From: a virus
Lineage: Duplodnaviria > Caudoviricetes
IMG/VR virus record: IMGVR_UViG_3300030104_004696
Location: 1 to 58,128 of that record
Direction: 5' to 3' (one strand)
Length of the DNA: 58,128 bases
Made by a program: the position numbers and the translations under genes. Positions 27,504-35,312 of the stretch are shown here, piece by piece (the first letter of the stretch is position 1; every line of letters begins with the position of its first letter). The notes below the pieces were generated by a model that was not told the origin of the DNA, searched no databases, and saw only the letters and a program-made list of their open reading frames with translations.

Positions 27504-27942
27504 ACTGATTCATCTCTATAATCATATTGCGATAAATCTTATCCATATAAGATGCATCGTGTCTAAATAAGGGGTTAGCCTGCGGGCTTTCCCCTATCTC
27601 TTCACCATTTAATTTCTTATATAGTGTGTTAATCAAGCGTTTACCTTTATAGGATAGTTCATATAGGGTTGTTTCTTTACCCTTTCGCTTTCTCCAAATA
27701 TGTATCCATCCTTCTTTAAGTAGTCTATGGAACCTGGGCTCGTCCCATGACATACACTCTTCAAACTCTTTAAACTTTGTTTTATTGAATATTTGTTCGC
27801 TATATAGAAAAAATAGCATATCTATATCGGGAGTTCCGATCTTATACTTGGCTTTAGCCCAGTACCTTATCACCCTCCAATACTTCATGTAATCGTGTGA
27901 GGGTTGAACTCTATCGTAGTTCTTTCTTATTATATTTGGCAT
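27469..27942 (-). CDS. Putative winged-helix (MarR-like) DNA-binding protein, antisense within the late arm
   Basis: IDMLFFLY...RFHRLLKEGWIHIW...LYELSYKGKRLI wing motif; likely start MPNIIRK. Confidence 0.65.
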   Translation of the reverse strand: MPNIIRKNYDRVQPSHDYMKYWRVIRYWAKAKYKIGTPDIDMLFFLYSEQIFNKTKFKEFEECMSWDEPRFHRLLKEGWIHIWRKRKGKETTLYELSYKGKRLINTLYKKLNGEEIGESPQANPLFRHDASYMDKIYRNMIIEMNQFIKQQRHLSPE

Positions 27943-27955
27943 TAAATTAAATTTG

Positions 27956-27963
27956 TATCTTTG
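27956..27963 (+). promoter_or_regulatory. Promoter -7 box TATCTTTG
   Basis: Upstream of the basic-protein cluster. Confidence 0.7.
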
Positions 27964-27995
27964 CAAGAACAAAAGTAATAAAAAATATATTTGAT

Positions 27996-28241
27996 ATGCC
28001 AAATCCTAAAACAAAAAGAGTAAGCAAAAGGAATATGAGAGATCCTTTAGCTCCAAGTCAATTTGACGAATTTAAAAAAATTATTACCCAACAAAATCGT
28101 GAGGCCAAAGCTGCTGAATTAAAAAAGCGATATGAGGAAAAACTAAAAAAGGAATATGAGGAAAGGAAAAAAAACATAAGGAAAAAGTATAAGTCAAGCC
28201 GCCAGCCTTTTAAAGACAAAAAGACAAAAGGAGGAAAATAG
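27996..28241 (+). CDS. Small Lys/Arg-rich protein
   Basis: Highly basic 81 aa ORF. Confidence 0.65.
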   Translation: MPNPKTKRVSKRNMRDPLAPSQFDEFKKIITQQNREAKAAELKKRYEEKLKKEYEERKKNIRKKYKSSRQPFKDKKTKGGK

Positions 28242-28266
28242 TTTCAAGAAAATAAAAAAATAAATT

Positions 28267-28560
28267 ATGTCTGATAAAAAGAAAACTAAAGTAGAAAAGA
28301 AGATTCACAAACTGAGAAAAAAAGATGCTCGTATTATGCATCGTGCTCATAAAGTAGAGGGTAAGGCTAATGAGAAAATAGATAAAATTAAAGCTTCAAA
28401 TCTAACAAAAGAAGAAAAAGATAAAAAGATACAAAAAATTTATGAGAAAACTAATCGTAAGTTAGATAGGGTTACAAGAAAAACACCTAAGATAATGCAA
28501 CAGATTAGAGACTTATCTACACCTTTAGCTACGACTCCTAAATTTAAAATGAAACCTTAA
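28267..28560 (+). CDS. Small Lys/Arg-rich protein
   Basis: Highly basic 97 aa ORF. Confidence 0.65.
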   Translation: MSDKKKTKVEKKIHKLRKKDARIMHRAHKVEGKANEKIDKIKASNLTKEEKDKKIQKIYEKTNRKLDRVTRKTPKIMQQIRDLSTPLATTPKFKMKP

Positions 28561-28562
28561 TT

Positions 28563-28847
28563 ATGCCAGATCCTAATAAAAAAATAGCTCGTCTTAAAAA
28601 GAAAATAGAAAGAGTAAAGGCAAAAACAAAGAAGAAAACTCAAAAACAAATTGATAAAACAGCAAGGAAATTAAAGAGAACTGCTAATAGAACTACGGGT
28701 ACTTTTGTAAACCTGTCTCCACAAAAAGCACGTAAGACAGTAAGACAAGGAAAGGAAAAGATAGCAAAGATCACTAAAAGAGGTGAGAAAAGAGAAAAGA
28801 AATTATTAGATAGATTAGCAAAAATTAAAGCAAGCCTGCAAAACTAA
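28563..28847 (+). CDS. Small Lys/Arg-rich protein
   Basis: Highly basic 94 aa ORF. Confidence 0.65.
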   Translation: MPDPNKKIARLKKKIERVKAKTKKKTQKQIDKTARKLKRTANRTTGTFVNLSPQKARKTVRQGKEKIAKITKRGEKREKKLLDRLAKIKASLQN

Positions 28848-28851
28848 AACT

Positions 28852-29580
28852 ATGTCTGACAAAAAGAAAAAAGTAAGCCGTCCTCAGTTAAGAAAAACAA
28901 AAAAGAAAACTACTGTTAAGTCAGTGGCTACTGTTAAAAAAGAAAAACAAGAAGCTAAAAGGAAAGAGGCGGATAGAATAGCTGCGGAAAAAATAAAAGC
29001 AGCTGAAAAAGAGCAAAAACAAAAAGAGTCAACCGCAACTTCTGAGGATAAGGTAGACAGGAGTTATGATAAAGAAGATAAAAGGTACACTAAAATATCT
29101 GAGAAGTACAAGAAGAAATCAGCTAAAATAAAAAAGAAGTCTGAGGAAAAAAGAGAAAGAATAAAAGCTAATAAGGAAAAAAAGGGGAAGAGAAATATAG
29201 AAAAAGCAAAAAAACTTCAAGATAAAAAAACAGAGGTAAAGAATAATAACAACCTAACTAAAGAGCAAAAAGAAAAAAAGATTGCTTCCTTAAATAAAAG
29301 AATAGAAAAATTAGAAGAAAAAGGCAAGAAAATAGTTGCTCGAAGCAAAACAAAAACAGCTAAAAGCACAGATCGAGAAAAAAGAAGATTAGAAAGAGCT
29401 GAAAAAAGATACACCAAGGGGAGTCTGAGGAATGAAAGAAGAGCAGAGCGAGAACGAGACCGGGCTACTGGTAAAACTAAGATGTCTCGTCAAAAACGTA
29501 GAGCTACTAAAAGAGCTAATCGTAAAAAAAGAAGCCAAGCTGTTACAGGTATTAAACGGTGGGATACAACTTGGAACTAA
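28852..29580 (+). CDS. Lys/Arg/Glu-rich protein (histone H1/protamine-like composition)
   Basis: 242 aa low-complexity basic coiled coil. Confidence 0.65.
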   Translation: MSDKKKKVSRPQLRKTKKKTTVKSVATVKKEKQEAKRKEADRIAAEKIKAAEKEQKQKESTATSEDKVDRSYDKEDKRYTKISEKYKKKSAKIKKKSEEKRERIKANKEKKGKRNIEKAKKLQDKKTEVKNNNNLTKEQKEKKIASLNKRIEKLEEKGKKIVARSKTKTAKSTDREKRRLERAEKRYTKGSLRNERRAERERDRATGKTKMSRQKRRATKRANRKKRSQAVTGIKRWDTTWN

Positions 29581-29594
29581 ATAAAAAAATTAAC

Positions 29595-29602
29595 TATCTT
29601 TG
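29595..29602 (+). promoter_or_regulatory. Promoter -7 box TATCTTTG
   Basis: Intergenic match to TAnnTTTG. Confidence 0.7.
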
Positions 29603-29625
29603 TAAAATATTAAAAATTATAAATT

Positions 29626-29835
29626 ATGAAAAAGCAAGGTTACAACGCAAGACTTGATGAGTCTTTAGGAAACAAGCATAAAGGAAAACATTCTCAATCT
29701 ATGAAAGATAGAAGAGATGAATCTAAAGCTATGTCAAAAAAAATATATGGTCATGCATATGGTGGAGATCACAATATGTCTTATGAAAAAATTAACAATG
29801 TTAAGAAGCACGTTGGTGCTGCTATTAGAAAATAA
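29626..29835 (+). CDS. Small basic protein
   Basis: KKQGYNARLDESLG...QSMKDRRDES motif recalled from marine phage proteins. Confidence 0.7.
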   Translation: MKKQGYNARLDESLGNKHKGKHSQSMKDRRDESKAMSKKIYGHAYGGDHNMSYEKINNVKKHVGAAIRK

Positions 29836-29837
29836 TT

Positions 29838-30050
29838 ATGGCCAAAAAAGGACGAACTAAAAAAGAAGCCTTTCCAGAAATAAAAGAATCTCGTCAGGGA
29901 GCTTTTACTAAGTGGGCTAAAAATAACGGATTCAAAGATGCGTGTAGTGCAGCGTCTGCTGTCATGAAGAAGACTGATAAGTATTCTGAAAAGGTAGTAA
30001 AGATGGCTAACTACGCTAACAACTTTGGGTGTAAAACTAAAAGAGGTTAA
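29838..30050 (+). CDS. Small basic protein
   Basis: MAKKGRTK...GAFTKWAK...KMANYANNF. Confidence 0.7.
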   Translation: MAKKGRTKKEAFPEIKESRQGAFTKWAKNNGFKDACSAASAVMKKTDKYSEKVVKMANYANNFGCKTKRG

Positions 30051-30051
30051 G

Positions 30052-30192
30052 ATGGGTAAATTATTAATATGGTTAGGAGAGTCTATCTCTAACCTGTGGT
30101 GTAAACTACAATGTAAATGGAATTGGATGATTTCTAAAATAATGTTTAATGTAGAAAGCTGTCCTAATAAACTTTGTACTTGTAATAAATGA
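30052..30192 (+). CDS. Small Cys/Trp-rich protein (46 aa, not in ORF track)
   Basis: MGKLLIWLGESISNLWCKLQCKWNWMISKIMFNVESCPNKLCTCNK. Confidence 0.55.
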   Translation: MGKLLIWLGESISNLWCKLQCKWNWMISKIMFNVESCPNKLCTCNK

Positions 30193-30368
30193 AAAGAACA
30201 TCAGTAAATCAACTAAAATCAAGAGGCTTTGGAGATACTGTAGAAAAATTTACCAAAGCAACAGGAATAAAAAAAGCAGTCGACACCATATCAAAAGCAA
30301 CTGGAACTGACTGTGGGTGTGGAAAACGAAGAGATACTTTGAATAGAGTATTTCCTTATAATAAATAA
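30189..30368 (+). CDS. Small conserved phage protein (59 aa, not in ORF track)
   Basis: SRGFGDTVEKFTKATGIKK...DCGCGKRRDTLNRVFPY pattern recalled from Bacteroidota phages. Confidence 0.7.
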   Translation: MKRTSVNQLKSRGFGDTVEKFTKATGIKKAVDTISKATGTDCGCGKRRDTLNRVFPYNK

Positions 30369-30379
30369 AAAGAAAAAAA

Positions 30380-30922
30380 ATGGCATATCAAAAATTACAA
30401 AGTAGAGAGGCATTAGCAGTTATACCCGATAATTTTGTTCCTATACCTGACCCAAGCACAGCTATTAATTTAATTAGCACTACAGTAGCGGCAATAGATG
30501 GTGTAACAGTAATTCAGGTAGCCGCAAATGCGGGTTCTGTTTTAACTGGAACTAACACTAAGTTTACTGAAATGAATATTCCTGTAGGGGCGATTATATA
30601 TAATTCTACAGCATCAGAAGCTTACTTTGTAGTAAGTATAGATAGTGATACTCAGATTACTGTAAGCAAAGCAGTTGGAGGAGGAGCGACAGATAATATA
30701 ACAATATATACTAAACCAACTATAGGTTGTGCGTTATTTGTAGGAACAGCCGGAGATCTTACGGTGCACATGGCATCACAGAACGGTAATACTACTGTAT
30801 CAACAAGACCTGCTAACCAGAGAATGGTTTATAAAAATATACCTAACGCATCTTTTCTACCTATTCAAGTAAGAGCAGTTCTCGCACTTAGTACAGCAAC
30901 GGACGTTGTAGCAATGTGGTAA
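30380..30922 (+). CDS. Putative virion structural protein
   Basis: Beta-rich; ALFVGTAGDL...FLPIQVRAV...TATDVVAMW. Confidence 0.6.
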   Translation: MAYQKLQSREALAVIPDNFVPIPDPSTAINLISTTVAAIDGVTVIQVAANAGSVLTGTNTKFTEMNIPVGAIIYNSTASEAYFVVSIDSDTQITVSKAVGGGATDNITIYTKPTIGCALFVGTAGDLTVHMASQNGNTTVSTRPANQRMVYKNIPNASFLPIQVRAVLALSTATDVVAMW

Positions 30923-30923
30923 C

Positions 30924-31697
30924 ATGGGATTAGGACTTGGTAACGGAAACGCAAATCAATGGACACCGATAAAAGGGCCAACAGGACCTGCTTACAGCTG
31001 TAAGACAAGTTACTCTATACAATTTGACGGATTAACAGAAAACGGATCAACCGTAGGTAAAAATGTTCCTTTATTAGGATCGGGGGGTACGGGTAATTTT
31101 TGTATTTCATTTTGGTTCAAAACTCCAGATATTACGGGAGGTGGTACTAATCAACGTATATTTACCACTGGAGGTTCTGCTTATAATTGGAGTATATATT
31201 TAAAAGGTTCAGATGGTAAACTAATAATAACAGGAACTCCTTGGGGATCAGATGCGTGTAATTTTGTATTTAGTAATAACACCTGGTTCCATGTTGCTTA
31301 TTCAGCAGCTCGTGGAAGTTTTGGTAGATGGGTCGTTAATGGATCTCAATCAGATGTAAAAAATATTTCTTCGGGAGCAGGGTTAGCTTTTACAAATGCA
31401 GGAACAAGCTATTTAGCATCTAATACTTCAGGAGCTCAAGATTTTGAAGGAAACTTAACAGAGATAGCGATTTGGAATGAAATAATGAGTGATGCTAAAT
31501 TAACTGAGTTATATACTAATACAGAAGGTAAATGTTATGCAAGTGATTTTTCTTTTTCAAGTACTTTGGCTCACTACTACCCATGCTTTAATCCTTCTGG
31601 AACCTTTACAAATCCATTACCTGACACGATAGGAGGGGATGATTATACTTTAGTAAATATGGATGCTTCTAATGTTTCAACTGATACACCTTTATAA
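30924..31697 (+). CDS. LamG/concanavalin A-like domain virion protein
   Basis: SIQFDG...FCISFWFK...NNTWFHVAY...FEGNLTEIAIWN. Confidence 0.85.
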   Translation: MGLGLGNGNANQWTPIKGPTGPAYSCKTSYSIQFDGLTENGSTVGKNVPLLGSGGTGNFCISFWFKTPDITGGGTNQRIFTTGGSAYNWSIYLKGSDGKLIITGTPWGSDACNFVFSNNTWFHVAYSAARGSFGRWVVNGSQSDVKNISSGAGLAFTNAGTSYLASNTSGAQDFEGNLTEIAIWNEIMSDAKLTELYTNTEGKCYASDFSFSSTLAHYYPCFNPSGTFTNPLPDTIGGDDYTLVNMDASNVSTDTPL

Positions 31698-31699
31698 TT

Positions 31700-31996
31700 A
31701 TGCCGAGAGATTTATACTACGCAAGAATACCTATAGATAATGCTAAAGACATAGTGTTTGAAGAAGTTATGGAAAATAGTTGGGATACCGCAAGATGGGA
31801 TACCGATCAAACTGAAGTTCTGGTTCATTGGGTTGGCGAGACTCCTCCTTCGATATCAAAAATTTTAGGTGCAATAAAGAGTGAACCTCAAACTCATACT
31901 CAAGAATATGATTACATTAAAAAAAGTGACGAAGGAAAATCAAAGTGGGAAGACAGGCCAGTAGCTCCTTCTCAACCAAAGGATAAAAAGAAATAA
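31700..31996 (+). CDS. Hypothetical protein
   Basis: 98 aa ORF following the LamG gene. Confidence 0.6.
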   Translation: MPRDLYYARIPIDNAKDIVFEEVMENSWDTARWDTDQTEVLVHWVGETPPSISKILGAIKSEPQTHTQEYDYIKKSDEGKSKWEDRPVAPSQPKDKKK

Positions 31997-32003
31997 ATTT
32001 TAT

Positions 32004-32011
32004 TATCTTTG
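32004..32011 (+). promoter_or_regulatory. Promoter -7 box TATCTTTG (lysis operon)
   Basis: An ATG of a 25-aa ORF (32017-32094) lies 5 nt downstream. Confidence 0.7.
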
Positions 32012-32090
32012 CATTTATGAAGTGGATACAAACACATACAAGTATAGGGGATTTTAAATATATCCAAACCTCTACGTGTAATATAAAAAA

Positions 32091-32246
32091 ATGAACACAG
32101 AAATGAAAGATACAGTAGAAGTAGTAGCCGCCAACGGGGGGGCTTTAGGGTTAACATTAATGCAGGCTAATGAAATACTTCAATTTGTTTCTCTTTCGCT
32201 TGCTATTGCATTTACAATTTATAAGTTTATAAAAAAGAAAAAGTAA
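32091..32246 (+). CDS. Putative holin (51 aa, not in ORF track)
   Basis: MNTEMKDTVEVVAANGGALGLTLMQANEILQFVSLSLAIAFTIYKFIKKKK: hydrophobic segment and basic tail directly upstream of the endolysin. Confidence 0.55.
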   Translation: MNTEMKDTVEVVAANGGALGLTLMQANEILQFVSLSLAIAFTIYKFIKKKK

Positions 32247-32248
32247 TC

Positions 32249-32617
32249 ATGAAATATTTTACCCACAGTGAGTTTGATTCTCCTGATGAGAGTGGTTCAG
32301 GGAAAAATATGAGACATGACTTTTTAGAGATGTTAGACTTCGCCAGAGAAGAAGCTGGTATACCTTTCAAGATAACATCAGGATTCAGAACAGAAGCATA
32401 CAATAAAGATTTACAAGACAGGGGATATCAAGCAAGTCCTAATAGCTCACACTTAAAAGGATGTGCTGCTGATATTGCGTGTGGTAATTCAGAAAAGAGA
32501 TCTATAATGGTTAGAGCATTAGTTAATGTGGGGTTTACTCGTATAGGGATTTCAAAGACCTTTTTACATGTAGATAATGATCCTAATAAGTCTGCCGCAA
32601 TATGGTTATATGCATAA
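32249..32617 (+). CDS. Endolysin, peptidase M15A family
   Basis: YFTHSEFD...ITSGFRT...NSSHLKGCAADI...RIGI...FLHVD. Confidence 0.9.
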   Translation: MKYFTHSEFDSPDESGSGKNMRHDFLEMLDFAREEAGIPFKITSGFRTEAYNKDLQDRGYQASPNSSHLKGCAADIACGNSEKRSIMVRALVNVGFTRIGISKTFLHVDNDPNKSAAIWLYA

Positions 32618-32775
32618 TGGCAAAGAAAGGAAGAACTAAAGATAAAGGAAATAAAATCTGTAAGGCAGGTAAAGATTGGGCCATGAGAACTTACGGTAAG
32701 TGGTCAGCTTATGCTGCAATGGGAGCTTCAAAGTATTGTAAAGATCCTAATTATGCTAAAAATAAAAAGAAATGA
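32617..32775 (+). CDS. Small basic protein (52 aa, not in ORF track)
   Basis: MAKKGRTKDKGNKICKAGKDWAMRTYGKWSAYAAMGASKYCKDPNYAKNKKK. Confidence 0.65.
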   Translation: MAKKGRTKDKGNKICKAGKDWAMRTYGKWSAYAAMGASKYCKDPNYAKNKKK

Positions 32776-32903
32776 TAGATAAAAAGAAACTTAAAACAAT
32801 AGCGGCTGAATTAAAAAAAGCATCAGCTATGCATAAAAGTCAAGCTCTTAGAATAGATAAAATGTTAAAATCTATTAAGACTCCAGCTAAAAAGAAAAAG
32901 TAA
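32772..32903 (+). CDS. Small basic protein (43 aa, not in ORF track)
   Basis: MIDKKKLKTIAAELKKASAMHKSQALRIDKMLKSIKTPAKKKK. Confidence 0.6.
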   Translation: MIDKKKLKTIAAELKKASAMHKSQALRIDKMLKSIKTPAKKKK

Positions 32904-33142
32904 TGGCAGGAGCTTTAAAAAAATGGAGAGACGAAAAGTGGGTTCGTATAGGAACTGATGGATCTATATTAGGTGCTTGTGGAACAAGTAAAGCTAAAAA
33001 AAATCCCTCAAGATGTTTACCATTATCTAAAGCTAAATCATTAACTAAATCAGAAAGAGCGGCAACAGCAAAAAAGAAAAAAAGATCAGGTGGAAAAAAA
33101 CAATTTGTAATGAACACTAAAAAAGCAAAAGTACGTGGCTGA
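32903..33142 (+). CDS. Small basic protein (DUF5872-like)
   Basis: LKKWRDEKW...RCLP..KA.SLT..ERAAT..KK....KQFV pattern. Confidence 0.65.
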   Translation: MAGALKKWRDEKWVRIGTDGSILGACGTSKAKKNPSRCLPLSKAKSLTKSERAATAKKKKRSGGKKQFVMNTKKAKVRG

Positions 33143-33425
33143 TAAAAGCAGAATGAAATGTAACCGAGTAGTAGCTTCTGACCGTCCAGGTAAAAAGAAG
33201 ATGGTTAAAGCATGTGAGGGTGGCAAAGAGAAGTTAATTCACTTTGGAGCTAAAGGTTATGGCCATAACTATTCTGCAGCTGCAAGAAAATCTTTTAAAG
33301 CAAGACATAAATGCGGGACAGCAAAATCCAAACTAACAGCACGATACTGGTCTTGTAAAAAATTATGGGCAGGTAAAGGTGGTTCAACTAAAAGTTCACC
33401 ATCTAATAGAAGAGGTAAATACTAA
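33135..33425 (+). CDS. Small basic conserved viral protein
   Basis: KKKMV...KLIHFGAKGY...RKSFKARHKC...TARYWSCKKLW. Confidence 0.7.
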   Translation: MADKSRMKCNRVVASDRPGKKKMVKACEGGKEKLIHFGAKGYGHNYSAAARKSFKARHKCGTAKSKLTARYWSCKKLWAGKGGSTKSSPSNRRGKY

Positions 33426-33631
33426 TGGAAGAGATTTTAAAATTAATAGAAGGATACGGATTACCTTTAGTGTTATTGTTAGGAGCATTATATGCTTTAT
33501 ACAATTTCTTTTTTTTCAGTATTAGAGAAGTTAAAAATACATTTTCAAAACATCATGAAAAAAATGCTGATAACATGGAAGAGATAAAAAAGAAAATAGA
33601 TATCATATTAGAATACATTAGAAAACAATAA
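33425..33631 (+). CDS. Single-TM holin-like protein (BhlA/UviB-like layout)
   Basis: N-terminal TM segment followed by a charged coiled coil. Confidence 0.45.
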   Translation: MEEILKLIEGYGLPLVLLLGALYALYNFFFFSIREVKNTFSKHHEKNADNMEEIKKKIDIILEYIRKQ

Positions 33632-33635
33632 TATT

Positions 33636-34091
33636 ATGCCAGAAAAAAAAACTAAGACAAATGCTATTAATCTGAAAGACATGAGTGCTCAGGAAAAGCA
33701 AGAATTGTTTTCTAAATGGAAAAGAGAAAGAAACAATAAACAAACTCAAGGAAATAATAAGACTAATAAAACTCACCGTACTAACGTAAAAGAAAATAAG
33801 AGAACTAAGAAAGAACAGGATGCTATAGCGTATTGGAAAGCAAATCCAAATAAAAAACATTCTATGAAGTACGGAGTTAATCCTAAGAACCCTAATAAAA
33901 AATTTATAGAAAAAACTGCTTACGATGGCTCTGGATTTGGTAAAGATGATAAGATTAGTAAAGCGTTTAGTGTAGGGGCGAGCACTTTGTTAACAGGTGG
34001 TGTCACTAATGCTCTTAAACTTAGAGGGCTAAATACAGCTGCTAAAACAATTAAGGTGGGATCTAAAGTTAAAAAAGGTACAGATCTATAA
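33636..34091 (+). CDS. Basic hypothetical protein
   Basis: 151 aa, Lys/Asn-rich. Confidence 0.6.
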   Translation: MPEKKTKTNAINLKDMSAQEKQELFSKWKRERNNKQTQGNNKTNKTHRTNVKENKRTKKEQDAIAYWKANPNKKHSMKYGVNPKNPNKKFIEKTAYDGSGFGKDDKISKAFSVGASTLLTGGVTNALKLRGLNTAAKTIKVGSKVKKGTDL

Positions 34092-34483
34092 TGAGTATTT
34101 GGACTAAAATATTTGGAAAGGGAGCATTAGATGTAGCTGGGAAGGTTGCAGGAATTGCTGATAGGTTTATTCAAACTAAAGAAGAGAAGGCAGCTTTTGA
34201 AATGGAGATGCAAAAAATCTTTATTGAAGCAGAAGCTGAGATTCAAAAGAATGTAACAGAAAGATGGAGAAGCGATATGACCAGCGATTCCTGGTTAAGT
34301 AAAAATGTAAGACCTCTGGTATTAATATTTTTAGTTGTATGCACTGTCTTAATGATATTTATAGATGCAGGCTCTATTAACTTTAAAGTAGAGGATAAAT
34401 GGACAGACCTTTTACAGTTAGTATTAATAACAGTTATTGGGGCTTACTTTGGAGGAAGGTCATTTGAGAAAATTAAAAAATAA
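34091..34483 (+). CDS. Holin of 3TM (GTA-holin-like) family
   Basis: DRFIQTKEEK...RWRSDMTSDSWLSKNVRPL...VIGAYFGGRSFEK. Confidence 0.8.
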   Translation: MSIWTKIFGKGALDVAGKVAGIADRFIQTKEEKAAFEMEMQKIFIEAEAEIQKNVTERWRSDMTSDSWLSKNVRPLVLIFLVVCTVLMIFIDAGSINFKVEDKWTDLLQLVLITVIGAYFGGRSFEKIKK

Positions 34484-34500
34484 AGTCTAAAAACTTTTCT

Positions 34501-34508
34501 TATCTTTG
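34501..34508 (+). promoter_or_regulatory. Promoter -7 box TATCTTTG
   Basis: Upstream of the tail fibre/terminase operon. Confidence 0.7.
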
Positions 34509-34540
34509 TAAAAAATTAACTATAATTTAAATTTATTAAA

Positions 34541-34789
34541 ATGAAAAAAATTGAAGAAAAAGAATTAACAGATTTACAAGAGTTGCATGCTGAATTTAAT
34601 AAGCTAAAAACTCAACTTGGAGATTTAGCTTTACAGAAACATGGAATATGTTTAAGAGTGGAAGAGTTAAAAGCTGATTTTCAAAAGCATGAACAAGCTT
34701 TAGTTGACAAGTACGGTGTAAACTCTGTTATTAATTTAGAAACAGGAGAATTAAAAGAAAAAGAAGAACAAAAAGAAGCTAATGGCTAA
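34541..34789 (+). CDS. Coiled-coil protein (possible fibre chaperone)
   Basis: Heptad pattern ending KYG...INLETGE. Confidence 0.6.
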   Translation: MKKIEEKELTDLQELHAEFNKLKTQLGDLALQKHGICLRVEELKADFQKHEQALVDKYGVNSVINLETGELKEKEEQKEANG

Positions 34790-35309
34790 AATTGAAAACA
34801 CTACCGTATATCCTAATATAATCCCTACAGTAAATGATTATGTAATATTAACAGATGTTAGTGATAACAATGCAACTAAAACTGCTAAGGTATCTCAGTT
34901 TCAAGAATCTTTTGGAGTGAGCACGTTGGAAGTTACAATAGATAAGCATGTTATTACGGGATTGTTTTCTAATCCTAAAGTATTGTTAACTTGTAATGCG
35001 GGAGAGTATATTCAACCTATCTGTTCTGTTATAAAATATGTATATGATTCAATAGCATATACATTTGCTGCTCAATTAGAATTAAGAATGGGGCCTACAA
35101 CAAATAATGCTATACATACTTGGCCTGCTTCAGCTTTATTTAATGGAATACAAAATGTAGTAGCCTGGTCAAACCCTACAGCTTCTTCTTATGAATATGG
35201 TAATGCAGCGGGAGGAGACTCGTTAACATTAGCCGCTACAGCTCTGAATCCTGTAGGGGACGGGGGAACAATGACGATTAATGTACAATATAGAATTGTA
35301 AAATTTTAA
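34782..35309 (+). CDS. Short tail fibre/appendage protein
   Basis: Shares an N-terminal MAKIENT.VYP...TDVS module with the next gene. Confidence 0.6.
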   Translation: MAKIENTTVYPNIIPTVNDYVILTDVSDNNATKTAKVSQFQESFGVSTLEVTIDKHVITGLFSNPKVLLTCNAGEYIQPICSVIKYVYDSIAYTFAAQLELRMGPTTNNAIHTWPASALFNGIQNVVAWSNPTASSYEYGNAAGGDSLTLAATALNPVGDGGTMTINVQYRIVKF

Positions 35310-35312
35310 GAT

